From a bacterium (GTDB lineage: Bacteria; Actinomycetota; Acidimicrobiia; Spongiisociales; ZC4RG35): DNA of 64,000 nucleotides. The stretch is from contig JAPPFD010000007.1 of NCBI GenBank assembly GCA_028823995.1, positions 9,594-73,593 on the forward strand. The letters are read 5' to 3'. This document shows positions 60,505 through 64,000 of the stretch, in pieces. How positions within the stretch are numbered: position 1 is the first letter of the stretch; every line of letters begins with the position of its first letter. The position numbers and the translations under genes are program-made. The notes below the pieces were generated by a model, which ran no database searches, was not told where the DNA came from, and was given only the letters and a program-made list of their open reading frames with translations.

Positions 60505-61014
60505 ATGTCTAACCAGCGATGGGCGACCCGGCGATTAGCAATCGCCTCGTCGGTGGGCGTCGCCGGCTGTGTAACGGGCCTGGTTTGGCGGCAATCGCGG
60601 CTGGCGGGACTGGAGTTGCTCGACAGTCGGGGCTGGTACACACCGCCAGAAGCGGCGGCCCTGTTCGACGCCCTCAACCAACTCGACGGGAGCGCGAGGG
60701 ACGTCTATGCGATCACCGCGCTCACCATCGACATGGTCTTTCCGGCGTCCTACGGCTTGCTGTTGGCGATCCTGTTGCACCGGCTTTTTCGAGGCGGGAC
60801 GCTATTGCATCTGCTGCCGTTGGCGCTCGCCTCGGCGGATGTGTTGGAGAACATAACCGTTGCTGCGCTGGCGTTCAGCTACGACGGTGCGGCGACTCCG
60901 CTGGCGTGGCTGGCCGCCGTGTTCACCCTGATCAAGACAGTGCTGATCGTGGCGACGCTGGCTGTGGTATTCCTAGGCGGAGTGCAGCGCCTGCGGGCAG
61001 GCATTCGGCATTAA
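60505..61014 (+). CDS. Hypothetical membrane protein
   Basis: LDSRGWY...D.VFP..Y...D.LEN pattern. Confidence 0.7.
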   Translation: MSNQRWATRRLAIASSVGVAGCVTGLVWRQSRLAGLELLDSRGWYTPPEAAALFDALNQLDGSARDVYAITALTIDMVFPASYGLLLAILLHRLFRGGTLLHLLPLALASADVLENITVAALAFSYDGAATPLAWLAAVFTLIKTVLIVATLAVVFLGGVQRLRAGIRH

Positions 61015-61091
61015 CTCCGATGAGCCGCATGGCGGGCAGGGGAGGAGCCCTTGAGGGCAGGCCTTGACCCTGTGGCCTGCTGTAACTGATG

Positions 61092-61889
61092 TCAACTCCG
61101 GTCGGGGCCGATCGGCAGGCAGACCATCCGACCGGATTCGGGGTTGGTGAAGATCTTCGCCGACACTCCGAAAACCGTCCGCATCAGTTCGACGGTGAGC
61201 ACTGCCGAGGGCGCACCGTCCGCCACGATCCGGCCGCTGTCCACCACGACGACACGGTCCGCATAGTTGGCGGCATGCAAGAGGTCGTGGAGCACCAGGA
61301 CGACCGTCATGTCGCCGCTCGCGCATAGGGACGCCACGAGGTCCAGGACCTCGAACTGGTGCCGGACATCGAGAAAGGTGGTCGGCTCGTCGAGGAGTAG
61401 GGTGTTGGCGCCTTGAGCAAGCGCCAGCGCGATCCAGGCGCGCTGGCGTTCTCCCCCGGAGAGTTCGTCCAGGGGGCGTTCCGCGAAACCGCTCAAACCC
61501 GTGAGCGTGAGCGCGGACTCCACGGCGAGTTTGCCTTCGGCGCCGTGTCGCCCGAACAGCCCGGTATGGGGAAAGCGGCCCAACTCGACGAGTTCGCGGA
61601 CCGTCAGTCCCGGTGGGCTGGATGGAGACTGGGGAAGGACGGATACCAGGCGGGCGATGTCGCGAGATCCAAAGTTCCGTATGTCCCGCCCATCGAGGAA
61701 CACGACGCCGCTCCGGGCCGCAAGCAAGCGGGACATCGCCCGTATGACCGTGGATTTCCCCGACCCGTTCGGCCCGACGATGGCGGTGATCGTGCCCTGC
61801 TCCAACCTCAGGTCGAGGCCTTCGAGCACCATCCGCCGCCCATAGCCGGCGCTGACCTGTTCCAGCCTGATCGGTTCGACGTCGTTCAT
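61092..61889 (-). CDS. Iron-siderophore/cobalamin ABC ATP-binding protein
   Basis: GPNGSGKST, LSGGERQRAWIA, LDEPTT.LD, VLHD. Confidence 0.93.
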   Translation of the reverse strand: MNDVEPIRLEQVSAGYGRRMVLEGLDLRLEQGTITAIVGPNGSGKSTVIRAMSRLLAARSGVVFLDGRDIRNFGSRDIARLVSVLPQSPSSPPGLTVRELVELGRFPHTGLFGRHGAEGKLAVESALTLTGLSGFAERPLDELSGGERQRAWIALALAQGANTLLLDEPTTFLDVRHQFEVLDLVASLCASGDMTVVLVLHDLLHAANYADRVVVVDSGRIVADGAPSAVLTVELMRTVFGVSAKIFTNPESGRMVCLPIGPDRS

Positions 61890-62911
61890 CTGGTGCTCCG
61901 CCGAATCAGAAAGATGAGCAGTGGCGCCCCGAGGATGGCCATCACGGCCCCGACGGGAAGGCCCACACGGTACGCCGAGGAGGGGATCGGCGGCTTGATG
62001 GAGAACGATTGGGCGACGAGGTCGGCCGCCAGCAGCAGCAGGCAGCCGATCATGGCGGCCAGGGGAAGGACACGGCGGGCGTCAGCACCGGCGACCGCTC
62101 GCGCCGCGTTCGGGGCCATCAGGCCGACGAATGGTATGGCGCCCGAGACAGTCACAGCCCCGGCAGCCAGGACCCCGGCCAGCCCGAACAGCGCCACCCG
62201 AGCAGGCTGCAAGGGGAGGCCGAGAGCGCGGCCGGACTCGTCGTCGATCTGGAGGACGTTGGCGGCCCGGGCAGCCAGCAATCCGGCGGGGATGGCGACG
62301 GCAGCCCACGGTAGCGCCAGCCAGACGTCATCCCAGACGCGGCCATGCAGCGACCCGATGAGCCAGGAGAGGATGTTGCCCAGGGCGTAATTGGAGCGCA
62401 GCATGACAATCGCAGTCAGCGATCCAAGGATGGCGTTGACGATTACCGCGGTGAGGATCAGTCGCAAGGGATCGATGCCTCCGCGCTTCGAACTCACCAA
62501 GAGCACCAGTATCCCCCCGGCCAGGGCGCCCACGAGCACCACGAACGGGAGCAGGCGGCCGGGTTGAGGCAGTCCCCACACGCCTCCCAGGAAGAGGACC
62601 GCGGCGAGAATGCCTCCCGTGGAGACGCCGGTGAGACCGGGCTCGGCGAGGCGATTGCGCATGACGACCTGCAGCAACGCCCCCGAGAGGCCCAGCATGC
62701 AACCCACCAGGAGCCCGAGGATCGCGCGAGGCATCCGCAGGTCCCAGACGATTGTCCGGTCCGTGGGGTCCGCGAGTCCATCCACCAGGGCCCCGATGAC
62801 ACGATCCGGTGGGATCCAGACGGTGCCCAGTCCGAGGTGGAGGATGAAGAGGACGACAGCCGCCATGCCTGCCACCACCACGAGGGCCACAAACGAACGC
62901 GCCGATGTCAC
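61886..62911 (-). CDS. FecCD-family ABC permease
   Basis: LRMPR, LQVVMRN.LAEP, FVGLMAP, LPVG. Confidence 0.9.
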   Translation of the reverse strand: MTSARSFVALVVVAGMAAVVLFILHLGLGTVWIPPDRVIGALVDGLADPTDRTIVWDLRMPRAILGLLVGCMLGLSGALLQVVMRNRLAEPGLTGVSTGGILAAVLFLGGVWGLPQPGRLLPFVVLVGALAGGILVLLVSSKRGGIDPLRLILTAVIVNAILGSLTAIVMLRSNYALGNILSWLIGSLHGRVWDDVWLALPWAAVAIPAGLLAARAANVLQIDDESGRALGLPLQPARVALFGLAGVLAAGAVTVSGAIPFVGLMAPNAARAVAGADARRVLPLAAMIGCLLLLAADLVAQSFSIKPPIPSSAYRVGLPVGAVMAILGAPLLIFLIRRSTR

Positions 62912-63948
62912 GAGCGGTTCAGTCCCAGATTCTTGCGGCGGAGAAGCACGAGGATCATCGGGGCGGCCAGGAGGGTCGTGCACAGCCCCACGGGAATCTC
63001 GCCCGGATAGATGACGACCTTGGCAAGTACGTCGGACGCCAGCAACAGGAGGGCTCCGATCACTGTGGCCACCGGAAAGAGGAGCCTCGCATCCGGCCGG
63101 ATGACTATCAGCCGAGCGATGTGCGGCGTCAGGAGCCCGACCCAGGCGATGGGCCCGGCGACCGCCACGATGCTCCCGACGAGCAGCGCGGCCAGCGCGA
63201 CGAAGACGCCGCGCATGCGCCTTGCCGGCATCCCCAGCGACGAGGTGACATCCTCGTCCAACTGGAGCACGTTGGCGCCTCGAGCGAGGATGAAAGCTGC
63301 GGGAACCCCCACCAGCACCCACGGCCACACCAGCTGGACATGGTCCCATGTCCTACCCGAGAGGTTGCCGACCGTGAAGAGGAAGAAGATCCGCACCGCA
63401 CCGGACGAGGCGGCGAGGCCGATCACGGCCAGGATGATCCCATTGAGGAGCGCCGCAACCGCCACGCCGGTCAGCGCCGCCTCCACGGGTGTACGCGCCC
63501 CCCGCGACGCCACCAGGACGATCAGGCCCCCGCCCAGCCCCCCGGCAAGAGCCACGACGGGGTGAAGGGCGAACAGGACGGGTGCGTTCAGCAGCAGGAT
63601 GATTGCCATCGCCAGGGATGCTCCGGCGGAGACGCCGAGCAGCCCCGGCGAGGCCAGCGGGTTCCTGAGAACGACCTGAAGGATGGCCCCCGACAGCCCC
63701 AGCGCCGCGCCGGAGAGAAGCGCCAGGATCAGCCGCGGCAACCCCAGCTCCCGGACCACGAGCCGTTCGATCCGGTCGCCGGATTCGCCCAACAGGATGC
63801 CGGGCAGTTGCCCGGGCGCCACCCTCGGCTCAACCGTGCTCAGGTGGATTATGGCGAGGGCGGCGAGCGCCACCAGTATCGCTCCGGCGACTATCACCAG
63901 GAACCAGGTCCGGCCCGGTGTCGCCGCCTCGCCGGGGTGTGTGCTCAA
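62908..63948 (-). CDS. FecCD-family ABC permease
   Basis: LPR, LRNPLASP, WVGLLTPH, EIPVG. Confidence 0.9.
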   Translation of the reverse strand: MSTHPGEAATPGRTWFLVIVAGAILVALAALAIIHLSTVEPRVAPGQLPGILLGESGDRIERLVVRELGLPRLILALLSGAALGLSGAILQVVLRNPLASPGLLGVSAGASLAMAIILLLNAPVLFALHPVVALAGGLGGGLIVLVASRGARTPVEAALTGVAVAALLNGIILAVIGLAASSGAVRIFFLFTVGNLSGRTWDHVQLVWPWVLVGVPAAFILARGANVLQLDEDVTSSLGMPARRMRGVFVALAALLVGSIVAVAGPIAWVGLLTPHIARLIVIRPDARLLFPVATVIGALLLLASDVLAKVVIYPGEIPVGLCTTLLAAPMILVLLRRKNLGLNRS

Positions 63949-64000
63949 GGCAGAGGCGCCGGGAATACCTCCGGATAGATCTTCGGCATCGCCTCGTCAA
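63945..64000 (-). CDS. C-terminal end of upstream gene, probably the ABC substrate-binding protein
   Basis: ...DEAMPKIYPEVFPAPLP*, stop overlapping the TTG start of the permease. Confidence 0.55.
   Translation of the reverse strand, partial: DEAMPKIYPEVFPAPLP

Overview
High-GC actinobacterial DNA. The F420-type oxidoreductases, Rex, a MenJ-like reductase and FN3/SLH surface proteins suggest an Acidimicrobiia-like, possibly host-associated organism (inference). Left to right the window holds: (1) the end of an IS1-family element with passenger genes, inserted into a metallopeptidase-FN3 gene; (2) a divergent nucleoside ABC/mtnA and mtaD-cupin-SDR-aldolase/SDR-phosphorylase salvage cluster; (3) rex, a geranylgeranyl-reductase-family gene, an orphan phage-type beta-helix gene and a candidate Ms1-like ncRNA; (4) VWA, amidase, amidohydrolase and hydroxyproline dehydratase genes; (5) rtcB, macrodomain and deaminase genes around a direct-repeat-flanked lipoprotein; (6) a three-domain Gly/Glu/His-linker lipoprotein next to an OmpR/BaeS-type two-component system, with a second full copy 25 kb away; (7) an SLC13 permease, pheA and a Fur-box-preceded His-rich membrane protein; (8) a Rieske oxygenase operon; (9) an SSS-transporter-led catabolic operon facing a Mo-hydroxylase; (10) a FecCD-type ABC transporter. 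No tRNA, rRNA or CRISPR array was seen. The most notable candidates are the duplicated putative metal-binding lipoprotein/TCS system, the Ms1-like RNA, the DNA-damage-type promoter on the IS1 element and the MTA salvage variant. All family assignments come from motif recognition only; no searches were run.
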